NCBI RefSeq assembly: GCF_006345805.1
Contig: NW_021823985.1
Location: 1 to 20,401, forward strand
Source of the DNA: Octopus sinensis
Lineage: Eukaryota
Length of the DNA: 20,401 bases
Reading direction: 5' to 3'
Part shown: positions 10,589 to 20,251 of the stretch, one piece after another
Numbering within the stretch: position 1 is the stretch's first letter
Layout: every line of letters starts with the position of its first letter
Made by a program: the position numbers and the translations under genes
Notes under the pieces: model-generated
What the model was told of the DNA's origin: nothing
Databases searched by the model: none
What the model saw: the letters and a program-made list of their open reading frames with translations, nothing else

Positions 10589-11525
10589 TAATTTTTTTTT
10601 TTTTTTTACTATGGGTGTAATAGCATGCTGTTTGCTTTTACGTTTGCTGGGCATTTTTTATAAAATACAGGGCGGGTCATTTTATAAAATGCCATTCATT
10701 GAAACGGGCTGCTAAGCTACAAATGGTTGAGGATCACCGTCTTAAATACATCTTAAATAAATCTGAGTTGATTCCGATGGAACTGTTTTGAATATAAGTC
10801 TCCTGGTCCAGGTTTGATCCGTAGTTTAGATAAATACAATAACCACAACAAAGTCAATTTTCTGAATCAAAGATCCGCTAGAAATAACAACCAAATCCCC
10901 TATAAAATCACACCCTAGTTGCTGTCTTAAAACATGAAAGGTTCACACTGGGAAAATTATTATCATAGATATCTCTAAAGAAGATAGGACGTTCACAGCT
11001 GGAATGCCATTGATCTAAATCTACAGGATCAGTTCTGATCTGTAGGTGGAGTGTGGCATCACTAATCAACTACACCAGTCATGACTATATTTTCATTCCC
11101 TGCCATGTTCAATTCACAAGGGATGTCTTTTATTTCATTTGGCCACGACGTTATATATATATGTATATATATTTATCAATTTATTTAGCTGTCATTTTAC
11201 GTGTGTAGCGATGTGCGTGCAGAGCCTTAGCCGTGAGAAATCGTCTGTCTGTTGTGTAAGGGCTTTTCCATCTATCAATCTGACGTAGGCAGCGCTTTGA
11301 TATTCGGCTGCCACTGACAGACAAGCTCAGACGTCATTCTGTTGATTAAATGCTGTGCTTACTTAAGGGATTAAATGCCTGGTGGAATATATTAGCAGAA
11401 TTAACTGTCGATAGATGTATTTCCTTTCCTCAAAAATAAATATTTGATCATTGAGCAAGGATATAGCAGAATGGTGGGTGGGGGATAATACTTCAATCAG
11501 TATCGAACATATGTAATAAAGATGA

Positions 11526-11527
<2 letters not shown>

Positions 11528-11564
<37 letters not shown>

Positions 11565-11882
11565 TGTGTGTGTGTGTGTGTGTGTGTATATACATATAGA
11601 GAGAGATGAATAAATAGATAGATAGATAGATAAATATGTGTGTGTATGAGTATATATATGTGTGTGTGTGTGTTTACATATATAAATATATAGATAAACA
11701 TACAAACACACACATATATAAATATATATACTTATATATACATAAAATGTCTGTATGTCTATAAGTATATAAGTATGTGTGTGTGCCTCATGAATATCCA
11801 TATATACATATATATTTATGTATATATGTGCGTGACTTTCTGTGTGTGTGAGTGTGTGTGTATTTACGCATCTATCTATCTA

Positions 11883-11927
<45 letters not shown>

Positions 11928-12005
11928 TGATATGTATACATATATATATAGAGAGCAGGAATGATAGAGAGAGACAGACAGAAACAGAGAGAGAGAGAGA
12001 GAGAG
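11528..12005. repeat. Mixed (TA)n/(TG)n/(GATA)n/(TC)n/(GA)n simple-repeat field
   Basis: Direct reading. Confidence 0.9.
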
Positions 12006-12030
12006 AAAGGAGAAGAAGTGCGAAGGAAGG

Positions 12031-12512
12031 GAGCGAGAGGTGGTTACATAATGCATATGCATGTGTTTATGCCTTTGTTTTTGTGTATATGTGTGTGCGT
12101 GTGTGTGCGTGTGTGTGCGTGCGTGGGTATGTATGTGTGTGTGTGTGTGCGTGTGAGTGTCTGTGTGTGTGTGTGTCTGTATATGAGTATGTGCAGCCAA
12201 ACCACACACTAAGTCAAGTAGAAGAAACAAAGAGAATTATAGAAATCAAATATATTTTTGTGGCCTATTGGATAACGTTGTTGGTCTCATGATCATAAGT
12301 TTGTAGGTTCGATTCTTGGTATTATATTATTGCTTTAATTTTATGGACTGCTATGATGCCTTTTGTGTTGGCGTTTTACGAGGGCTTCTGTTATGTGTCC
12401 AATCCTTCGAAGATTTTTCTATCTTTGGTTCAAGCATTTTCTTTGAGCCTGTTGTCAATCAATGCTTGTTTAATTCTATGAATTTCTCACACTTTCTTTT
12501 AATCTTTTACTT
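12031..12512 (+). repeat. Local duplication, copy 2 (pairs with 9884-10358)
   Basis: See copy 1; only a few substitutions outside the (TG)n part. Confidence 0.95.
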
Positions 12513-12815
12513 GTTTCAGTCATTTGATTACGGTCATGCTGGAACACCGTTTAAAAATTTTTTTTATCGAAGAAATCTACCCCAGGACATATTCTTTGTA
12601 AGCTAAGTACTTATTCTATGGGTTCTTTTTCCGAACCGCTAGTTTACGGAGGCGTCAACTCACCAATATCGGTTGTCAAAAAGATACACTCGCATAAATA
12701 TATTCATATAAATATAGACATGTTTCTTTTCTGTTTCCGTCAACCAAATCTTCTCACAAGCCTTTGGTAGGCAGTGGGACTGAACCCGGAACCATGTGGT
12801 TATGAAGAAAGTGCC
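12503..12815 (-). mobile_element. SINE family B, diverged near-full copy with deletions
   Basis: Tail 'tcttttacttgtttcagtcatttga', middle 'ccgaaccgctag', head part 'gtgggactgaacccggaaccatgtggtt'. Confidence 0.8.
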
Positions 12816-12827
12816 TTATCATTCATT

Positions 12828-12985
12828 TCATACTTGTTTAAGTCATTTCACTCCAGCCATTCTGGGACACCGCTTTGAAGAATCTTTTTGTCGACTGAAT
12901 TGAACAGGGTTCTGTCTTCCAAACCTGATACTTACTCTATCTCAGTCTTTTGCCGAACAACTAAGTTACGGGGACGTAATCATGT
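12828..12985 (-). mobile_element. SINE family B, old 3' half fragment
   Basis: 'tacttgtttaagtcatttcactccagccattctgggacaccgc...ttttgccgaacaactaagttacggggacgtaa'. Confidence 0.7.
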
Positions 12986-13121
12986 CGCAATACAATTCTA
13001 AAATCACCAGACAAACACAAATCAAGAAATTAACTCGTAGCTGCAGGCATTAAAGTAAAAATCAAGGTTTGACCGCAACAAACAAATCAACACGTGACTG
13101 GTATAGTATAATTCAAACAGT

Positions 13122-13354
13122 AAGGCGGCGAGCTGGCAGAAACGTTAGCACGCCGGGCGAAATGCTTAGCGGTACTTCGTCTGCGTTACGTTGTGAGTTC
13201 AAATTCCGCCGAGGTCGACTTTGCCTTTCATCCTTTCGGGGTCGATGAATTAAGTACCAGTTACGCACTGGGGGCGATGTAATCGATTTAATACCTATGT
13301 CTGTCCTTGTTTGTCCCCTCTGTGTTTAGCCCCTTGTGGGTAATAAAGAAATAT
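13122..13354 (+). mobile_element. Full-length SINE family A monomer (tail 1) with perfect 21-bp TSD
   Basis: TSD 'gtatagtataattcaaacagt' at 13101-13121 and 13355-13375; A-box-like 'tggcagaaacg', B box 'gagttcaaattcc', tail 'agccccttgtgggtaataaagaaat'. Confidence 0.95.
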
Positions 13355-13540
13355 GTATAGTATAATTCAAACAGTCAACAGGTTTTCACGGGAGTTTCAA
13401 CGCAAATTGAATCTGTGTATGAGAAACACACAAACGTCAAAATGAAACTCTGAAGCTCCAGAAACGTTGGACACGGATTTAGAAAATCGACTGTTGAAAG
13501 CTATCTAGAAAATACAAAAATATAAAATATGAAATATAAA

Positions 13541-13589
13541 AAGCGGTTCTCCAGGATGGCCACAGTCACATGACTGAAACAAGTAAAAG
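13541..13589 (+). mobile_element. SINE family B extreme 3' tail fragment
   Basis: 'gcggttctccaggatggccacagtcacatgactgaaacaagtaaaag' matches the family B 3' end. Confidence 0.75.
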
Positions 13590-13642
13590 GGTAACAAGTC
13601 GTGTATTTAATGAAAAATACATACGTACAAGCCTGGCACACA

Positions 13643-13682
<40 letters not shown>

Positions 13683-13874
13683 TAAATTAGAGATAAAACC
13701 ACTATTAGGCAAATCAAACTGTAAACATAAGCCAATACATATAATTAATTTAAAAATATAAATGTTAAAAATTTTAAAAAATATTTAATAATTTAAACTT
13801 ATAAATTTTGAATATATATATACAATATATATTATATTATATATATTATATATTATATATATATATATATATAC

Positions 13875-13909
<35 letters not shown>

Positions 13910-13994
13910 TTATATATTATTTTATTTATTAATTTAAAAAAAAAATAAATATCAAAAGTATTAAAAGTTTAATAAAAGATAAAGAGTAAAACAC

Positions 13995-14081
13995 TACGAT
14001 CGTTTCATGGCTGTACCAATTCGAATAACAATAATTTAAATTCAATTAATAAATCGAGTTATGGTTACAGTCAATCTTCAG
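13995..14081 (-). ncRNA. Minimal type-I hammerhead ribozyme-like motif with canonical core
   Basis: Minus strand reads CUGAAGA - stem II (ugacuguaacc ... gguacagcca) - GAAAC-GAUC-GUA. Helix III is 2 bp closed by the palindrome ACGAUCGU. Helix I is only ~2 bp and the 10.1-11.1 pair is U-U, so activity is uncertain. Confidence 0.55.
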
Positions 14082-15560
14082 GTTAATTGAAATATTTTTA
14101 AAATAATCAGAAATATTTAAACAATATTTTTAAGATATAAATAATATAATAATTTTACTTATAATAAACTCTATTATAGAAACTTAAACTTAAAACGTAA
14201 AACTTAAAACTTAACAATTATGATTATATCAAAATCGATTATAATGTTAAATATTAATTTTAATTGTTAAGGTAAGAAACCCACCAATAATCTAATAGTC
14301 TATATCTAACTACATTAAAATTTTTTTTTTAAATGACTATTATATATAAATTATCAATGAAAATATATAAATGTATATAAATATTATAATTAAGATCTAA
14401 AACAATCTGTATAAATAAATATATATACACATATAATAAAGACCTAATGAATTAATTTTTCACATTTAAAGATGAAATAGCTAATTTCAAAAATACAAAC
14501 AAACAAACTTAAACGAACTTTCGGAAATCTTATTTAAAATACTTATAGAAATAATCAATTCGTAGTTATATCGTATCGAATAAATACTATAAATACTATA
14601 AATATATTTATCAATGGGAATAAACTAGCGAATATCAATTTAAAAAGACAATAACTAGGTTATGCTATCAAGTTAGACATGGCCTGGACCAATCTTTGGT
14701 CGAAACATATCTAAGTTTATCTAAGTTTATCTAATTTTAATTATAAGAAATTTAAAACTACAATTAATACTATTAATACATGTATATACATAAACCTAAC
14801 TTTAGACAACTCGTATACTTGCTGTCAAACAACAAATCTATCGCTAAGTAATATCTTACGAATAAACTTAAATTTAATATCTAATAATATAGAAAATTAC
14901 GATGATTAGATCATTACATAAACAACGATATTACATAGAAAAATATTATTACACCAAAGAACTTATAAAATATTAAAATTTACAATTTAAAGATCTTAAA
15001 TATAAATAAATAATTATCTTAGCGAGGTTTTGTAATGAACTAAACTTTTGAATCGGAAAACGTCTTTACAGCTTTTATAATAATACTCGTGGAATTACGT
15101 TATTAGCAAAAAAAGAATAAATTGTTGAAGAATGCATTAAGCGTGAGGAACAAATACTCTTTATCAATGAAGATTGTGAATGGAAACAGTATTGGTTTAT
15201 CATAAAGTGTAAACAGAATGAATTCACAAATAAAGAATAAAATCACTCTATGCTATAAGATTTATTAATAAAATAACTATGATAAATAATACTTAATACA
15301 GAATAAATTAAATAATTTAAATGATTAAAAACCACTAATTATTAAATATACTCTAAAAATTTTATATGATTAATAAATATATATAAAAAAAAATTATAGT
15401 TACCCCTCAACGTACTATAAAGTCTTTTCCAATGCTCTTATAATTATAAGCTAAAATTAGTGATCATATTAGACTTTATTATAAGTAAAATTATTATATT
15501 ATTTATATCTTAAAGTATAGTTTAAATATTTCTGATTATTTTTAAAATATTTCAATTAAC

Positions 15561-15647
15561 CTGAATATTGACTGTAACCATAACTCGAATTATTAATTGA
15601 TTTTAAATTATTGTTATTCGGATTGGTACAGCCATGAAACGATCGTA
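15561..15647 (+). ncRNA. Hammerhead-like motif, second copy, with core change CUGAAGA to CUGAAUA (probably inactive)
   Basis: 'ctgaatattgactgtaacc...ggtacagccatgaaacgatcgta'; G8 is replaced by U. Confidence 0.45.
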
Positions 15648-16064
15648 GTGTTTTACTGTTTATCTTTTATTAAACTTTTAATACTTTTGATATTTATTTA
15701 AAAAAATAAATAAATAAATTAATTAATTAATTAATTAATTAATTAATAAAATAATATATAAATATAAAAATATACATATATATATATATATTTGTATATA
15801 TATATTTAAAATTTATAAGTTTAAATTATTTAAATAATTTTTTAATTTTTAACATTTATATTTTTAAATTAATTTTACGTATTGGCTTATGTTTTCCAGT
15901 TTGATTTGCCTAATAGTGGTTTTATCTCTAATTTAATATAATATAATATAATATATTTATACTATAAAATTGGATTTAATCCTAAATCTAATTTTTCCCT
16001 GTAAATTTGGATTTATTCCCTAATTTTATTATTATAAATTATATATATATATATTATATATATA

Positions 16065-16164
16065 TTGGCCTACTCGCTTAGACAGCGGGGTGGCGTCATA
16101 TGAAGGCTAAAACAATACGAAGCGCATTGTGACCAGCGATGTGTAGCAGCATCTAATAACGTGA
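16065..16164 (+). mobile_element. Repeat family C, 3' fragment
   Basis: Matches part of 7251-7480 in reverse complement; ends 'acgtga' plus (TA)n. Confidence 0.75.
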
Positions 16165-16420
16165 TATATATATATATATATATATATGCGCATAAATGTT
16201 CGATGGTAATGTTTTTCTAATTATATAAATGCTTTTCAAATAAAATTGCACTTCATTTTTAAAGCTCTGGCGAAGTTATATGGTGATACACAAACATTCA
16301 ACTATGAGTATATTAGATCATATAGCTGAAACAGCTGTGTGCTAATGAAAGCTATTACATAATTTCTTTTATGTACACACACATATATACATATATATAT
16401 ATGTATATATATATACGAGA

Positions 16421-16495
16421 CTGGTATTTCGTTTCATCGTCTCCGAAAGGATAAAAGACAAGTTTGAACTTTAGAGAGATTTAAATTTAGAAAAC
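16421..16495 (-). mobile_element. Highly diverged SINE family A core fragment
   Basis: 'ctggtatttcgtttcatcgtctccgaaaggataaaagacaagtttgaac' resembles the reverse complement of the family A core. Confidence 0.5.
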
Positions 16496-16751
16496 AAACA
16501 TAGCGCTTTTTGTCCGACATTGTTAGCGATTACAGCAATCCCATAATACACCATTAAAACAAACTGTAACATCAGCCACAATAACAAGAATAACAACAAC
16601 AGCGAACACTTAAAAACTAACTGTAATAGACCAAATTCTTTTGAAGCTTCTCTTTGGAGTTAGGCCTAGATTTGCAATACGAGAACGCGGTCTTTGAATT
16701 CCTCGTCATGTGTCATGTTTCTGTGTGTGTGACATTGATTCGGAGATTAAT

Positions 16752-17172
16752 TCATAGTTTTCCATTCGTTACTTTGGAAAATGGTTGAAAAACCTCATAT
16801 TTCAAGTCAAATCTTCGTTTCAGAATGCTTGATGAAGACGTTGTTGTTCTCGCTGATGTTGTTTTAGTTGTTATTGTAATTTGTTGTTGGTGTTGGTGCT
16901 GGTGGTGGAGGTGGTGGTGGTGGTGGCGGCGGCGGCAGCGGCGGCGTAGATGATGATGACGGTAGTATGGGAGCGGGCTTTGGCGGAACTGGTGTTGTTG
17001 TTGTCGTAGTTGGTGTTGGTGTTGTTAGTAATAGTGGAAGAGTATTTGCAGTTTTCATTGCTGCTGTTGTTGCTGCTGTTGTTGTTGTTGTTGTTGTTCA
17101 TATTGTTGATCATTTTGATGGCGGTGACGTTCTTGAAGAAAACGCCAGCGAATTGAGACAGAAAAGACTAAT
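16752..17172 (-). other. Possible exon-like Gln/Pro/Thr-rich low-complexity segment (frame not continuous)
   Basis: Possible acceptor 'tgttcacag|A' at 17173/17172, then LVFSVSIRWRFLQERHRHQNDQQYE(Q)13*. The stop overlaps the ATG of MKTANTLP...PVPPKPAPILPSSSSTPPLP(P)n. GC-richer, codon-like variation of trinucleotides. No recognised domain. Confidence 0.3.
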
Positions 17173-17202
17173 CTGTGAACATATACATCTATATATAAGT
17201 GC

Positions 17203-17233
<31 letters not shown>

Positions 17234-17408
17234 ATGCATTTATATATAAATATATAATATTATATAATATATATATATATATATGTATGTATGTATGTAT
17301 ATGTGTGTATATATATATGTACATATATATACATATATATATACATAGCTATATACTTATGTACATATATAAATATATTTATAGTTACATTTCTCTTTAC
17401 TCTTTTTC

Positions 17409-17770
17409 TCTTTTACTTGTTTCAGTCATCTGAATGCGGCCATGCGGGACTTATTCTTTGTAAGCCCAGTACTTATTTTATCGGTCTCTTCTTTGCCGAA
17501 CCGCTAAGTGACGGGGATGTAAACACACCAGCATCGGTTGTCAAGCAATGCTAGAGGGACAAACACATACACACAAACACAACACACAGATACACATATA
17601 TATATATATAAGCATATACGACGGGCTTCTTTCAGTTTCCGTCTACCAAATCCCCCTCACAGGCATTGGGCCGGCCGGGGCTATAGCAGAAGACACTTGC
17701 CCAAGTGGGACTGAACCCGGAACCATGTGGTTGGTTAGCAAGCTACTTACCACACAGCCACTCCTGCGCC
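17409..17770 (-). mobile_element. SINE family B, near full length (tRNA-like head, internal CA/TA microsatellite, tail ending ...gactgaaacaagtaaaaga)
   Basis: Minus strand begins 'ggcgcaggagtggctgtgtggtaagtagcttgctaaccaaccacatggttccgggttcagtccc'; homologous to 18281-18692. Confidence 0.92.
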
Positions 17771-17985
17771 TGTATATATATAATATATATATATTATATA
17801 TATGTATATGTATATATATATATTATATATATATATTATATATATATTATAATAATTATATATATAACATATATACATATATATACCACATATATTCTTA
17901 CAAAATACATATATATATATATATACATATACATACGGTGTGTATGTATGTATGTATGTATGTATGTATGTACGTACGTATGTAT
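17771..17985. repeat. (TA)n-rich and (TATG)n simple repeats
   Basis: Direct reading. Confidence 0.92.
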
Positions 17986-18280
17986 TGTGGCGATTTACAT
18001 CTGTTAGACGACTGCATACACTCGTATTTAGTTTTGTTTGGTCTCGTTTCGTTCCACCTGGCTTCATATGGGTTTTGCAAACCTGGATCTATGCTGTCTT
18101 CTAAAACTATTTAACACATCTTTTACAAGAATATCTCACAGCGGTTGTTGCTAAACGACACGTTGACTCACTAGCAAATTATAAGTATATTACCAGGGAC
18201 ACTTTGGCCAATCCTCATCGTTCCACACCATTCCTCTATCAAATGACATTCTTTGCATTTCTTTGGTCATACTCGTTCTC

Positions 18281-18692
18281 CTTTACTCTTACTTGTTTCA
18301 GTCACTTTAATTGTGACCATGCTGGAGTACCGCCTTTAGTCGAGCAAATCGTCACCAGGACTTATTCTTTGGAAGCCCAGTACTTATTACGGGGACGTAA
18401 ACACACCAACATCAATTGTCAAGCGATGTGTGGGGGGCACAAACACAGACACACAAACATAACACAAACGTACAATATATATATATAATATATATAATAT
18501 ATATATATTATATAGATATATTATATATATATGACGGGCTTCTTTCAGTTTCCGTCTACCAAATCCCACTCACAGGCTTGGTCGGCCGGTGGCTATAGTA
18601 GAAGACACTTGCCAGGGTGCCACGCAGTGGGACTGAACCCGGAACCATGTAGTTGGTAAGCAAGCTACTTACGACATAGCCACTCCTACGCC
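18281..18692 (-). mobile_element. SINE family B, near full length
   Basis: Same head and tail as 17409-17770, with an internal (TA)-rich linker at ~18440-18530. Confidence 0.92.
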
Positions 18693-18833
18693 TAGAAGTG
18701 TATGTATATATCTGTAGATGTATGTGTATATATATATATGTATGTATGTATGTATGTATTTATGTATGTATGTATGTATGTATGTATGTATGTATGTATG
18801 TGCGTAATATATATATATATATATACATACACA

Positions 18834-18921
18834 TACAAAGAATAAGTCCTGGGGTCGATTTGCTTGAGTAAAGGCGGTGCTCCAGCATGGCTGCAGTCAA
18901 ATGACTGAAACACATAAAAGA
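18834..18921 (+). mobile_element. SINE family B 3' fragment
   Basis: 'aaagaataagtcctggggtcgatttgcttgagtaaaggcggtgctccagcatggctgcagtcaaatgactgaaacacataaaaga'. Confidence 0.88.
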
Positions 18922-19045
18922 AAGACAAAAGAAAGAAAAGTTGTATTGACTTTGGCTTCAAATATTCGACCAACCAAGCCAAAGTCGAGCAACCAGATGA
19001 TGGCTTCGCTGGCAAAAACTGCATAGTCACCGTCAATATTATTCT

Positions 19046-19478
19046 GCGAGTTGGCAGAATCGTTAGCACGTCGGACGAAATGCTTAGCGGTATTTCGTCT
19101 GGCGTTACGTTCTGAGTTCAAATTCCGCCGAGGTCGACTTTGCCTTTCATCCTTTCGGGGTCGATAAATTAAGTACCAGTTACGCACTGGGGTCGATCTA
19201 ATCGACTTAATCCCTTTGTCTGTCCTTGTTTGTCTCCTCTATGTTTAGCCTCGCGTGGGCAATAAAGAAATAAGAAACATTAGCACGCCACGCGAAACGT
19301 TTAGCGGTATTTCGTCTATCTTTACGTTCTGAGTTCAAATTCCTCCGAGGTCGACTTTGCCTTTCATCCTTTCACGGTTGATAAATTAAGTACCAGTTGC
19401 GTACTGGTGTCGATCTAATCGGCTATTCCCTCCCTCCCAAAAATCTCGGGCCTTCTGCCTCGAGTAGAAAACAATATT
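19046..19478 (+). mobile_element. SINE family A dimer (tail 1 monomer 19046-19271, tail 2 monomer 19272-19478)
   Basis: Two successive heads/cores; same architecture as 2592-2998. Confidence 0.92.
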
Positions 19479-19843
19479 CCAGGATAATAAGGCACCTATT
19501 CATGTAGCTAATGTTATTCAATATTGCCACAAAGAGCGCAAAAATGAAATAAACCATTGAGACTCTCCAACCCAACCTCCCCCCAGTTCTCAGCATAATC
19601 ACACACTTGTTGCATTTTGGAGAAGCTATGCAAAGAGGTTTACCTCCAATCGTCACTGAAGTAACAAAAGCATGTTCTACTTGAATTTGTGTCAAATTTC
19701 ATCTATCGTCACTTCAGAACCTGTATGAGTCAATTCCGCGACGTATTAAATTTGTGATTGTTTTCAAAGGTAGACCAACTCCCTATTAAATAATAACACA
19801 TCTATTTAGCCGGGTATTTCAATTATTTTGTCCAACCTCTGTA
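19477..19843 (+). mobile_element. Tc1-family DNA transposon 3' remnant (decayed transposase C-terminus plus right TIR)
   Basis: Translations 'FQDNKAPIHVA' (second catalytic D motif, from 19477) and 'QNLYESIPRRIKFVIVFKGRPTPY*' (19715-19789) match the Tc1 C-terminal pattern; followed by TIR-like 'tcaattattttgtccaacctctg' plus TA at 19842-19843. Confidence 0.82.
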
Positions 19844-20210
19844 TAATAAAAGCAAAAAAGAGAAAAGACAATGAGAGAGAGAGACAGACACACAGAAAAA
19901 GGTAAATCTTGCTTGCAATGTTAAGCTTCAGTAACTTTTTCCTCCATTTGCTACGTTCGATTGATGGAAAGCAGAAAAATAAATATAATAAATGCATAAA
20001 AAACATATCAGCAAAATAGATAATGAAATACATAAATAAACTAATATATAATTTTCGTCTGAGTTGAATACGATACTTTTAACTCCTAGTTATACCGAGA
20101 AATGAAGCAGTACCATTTTCGGATTATGTTGTCTATCATGTAACTGTCCACAATTTTTAACGTACGTCTCTGCATATGTTTGTATGTGCCTACATATGAA
20201 CGTATATATA

Positions 20211-20251
<41 letters not shown>

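Larger units (their letters stand above)
13673..15945 (+). mobile_element. AT-rich element with ~480-bp inverted terminal repeats carrying hammerhead-like motifs; probably a non-autonomous Penelope-like (inverted pLTR) element
   Basis: Left arm 13673-14168 is the reverse complement of right arm 15475-15945 (e.g. 'ttagagataaaaccactattaggcaaatcaaac' / 'gtttgatttgcctaatagtggttttatctctaa'); ~1.3-kb AT-rich interior with no intact ORF. The inverted-repeat structure is directly seen; the PLE assignment is inferred from the ribozyme motif. Confidence 0.75.

Noticed and set aside
5770-12292. Many ORFs rich in YI, HT, CV and MYVC
   Set aside because: Products of (TA)n, (CA)n, (TACA)n and (GATA)n repeats.
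15712-15746. (TTAA)n run as a piggyBac signature
   Set aside because: It lies inside one arm as a simple-repeat expansion, not at an element terminus.
13673-15945. AT-rich block as a NUMT or mitochondrial control region
   Set aside because: No mitochondrial gene, rRNA or tRNA motif recognised; the long inverted arms explain the block better.
15966-16025. Short direct repeat 'ttggatttaatcctaa' / 'ttggatttattccctaa' just outside the right arm
   Set aside because: Only two short imperfect copies in AT-rich DNA, with no counterpart at the left end, so not a TSD.
16808-17257. Plus-strand exon after the strong-looking acceptor 'tcttcgtttcag' and ORF 16967..17257
   Set aside because: The frames give stops or unnatural W/C/V runs; they read as the antisense of the Q/P/T-rich strand.
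693-19478. Recurrent 'ggggtcgat' repeats as a CRISPR-like array
   Set aside because: They are internal to dispersed SINE copies, irregularly spaced and in both orientations, in a eukaryotic context.
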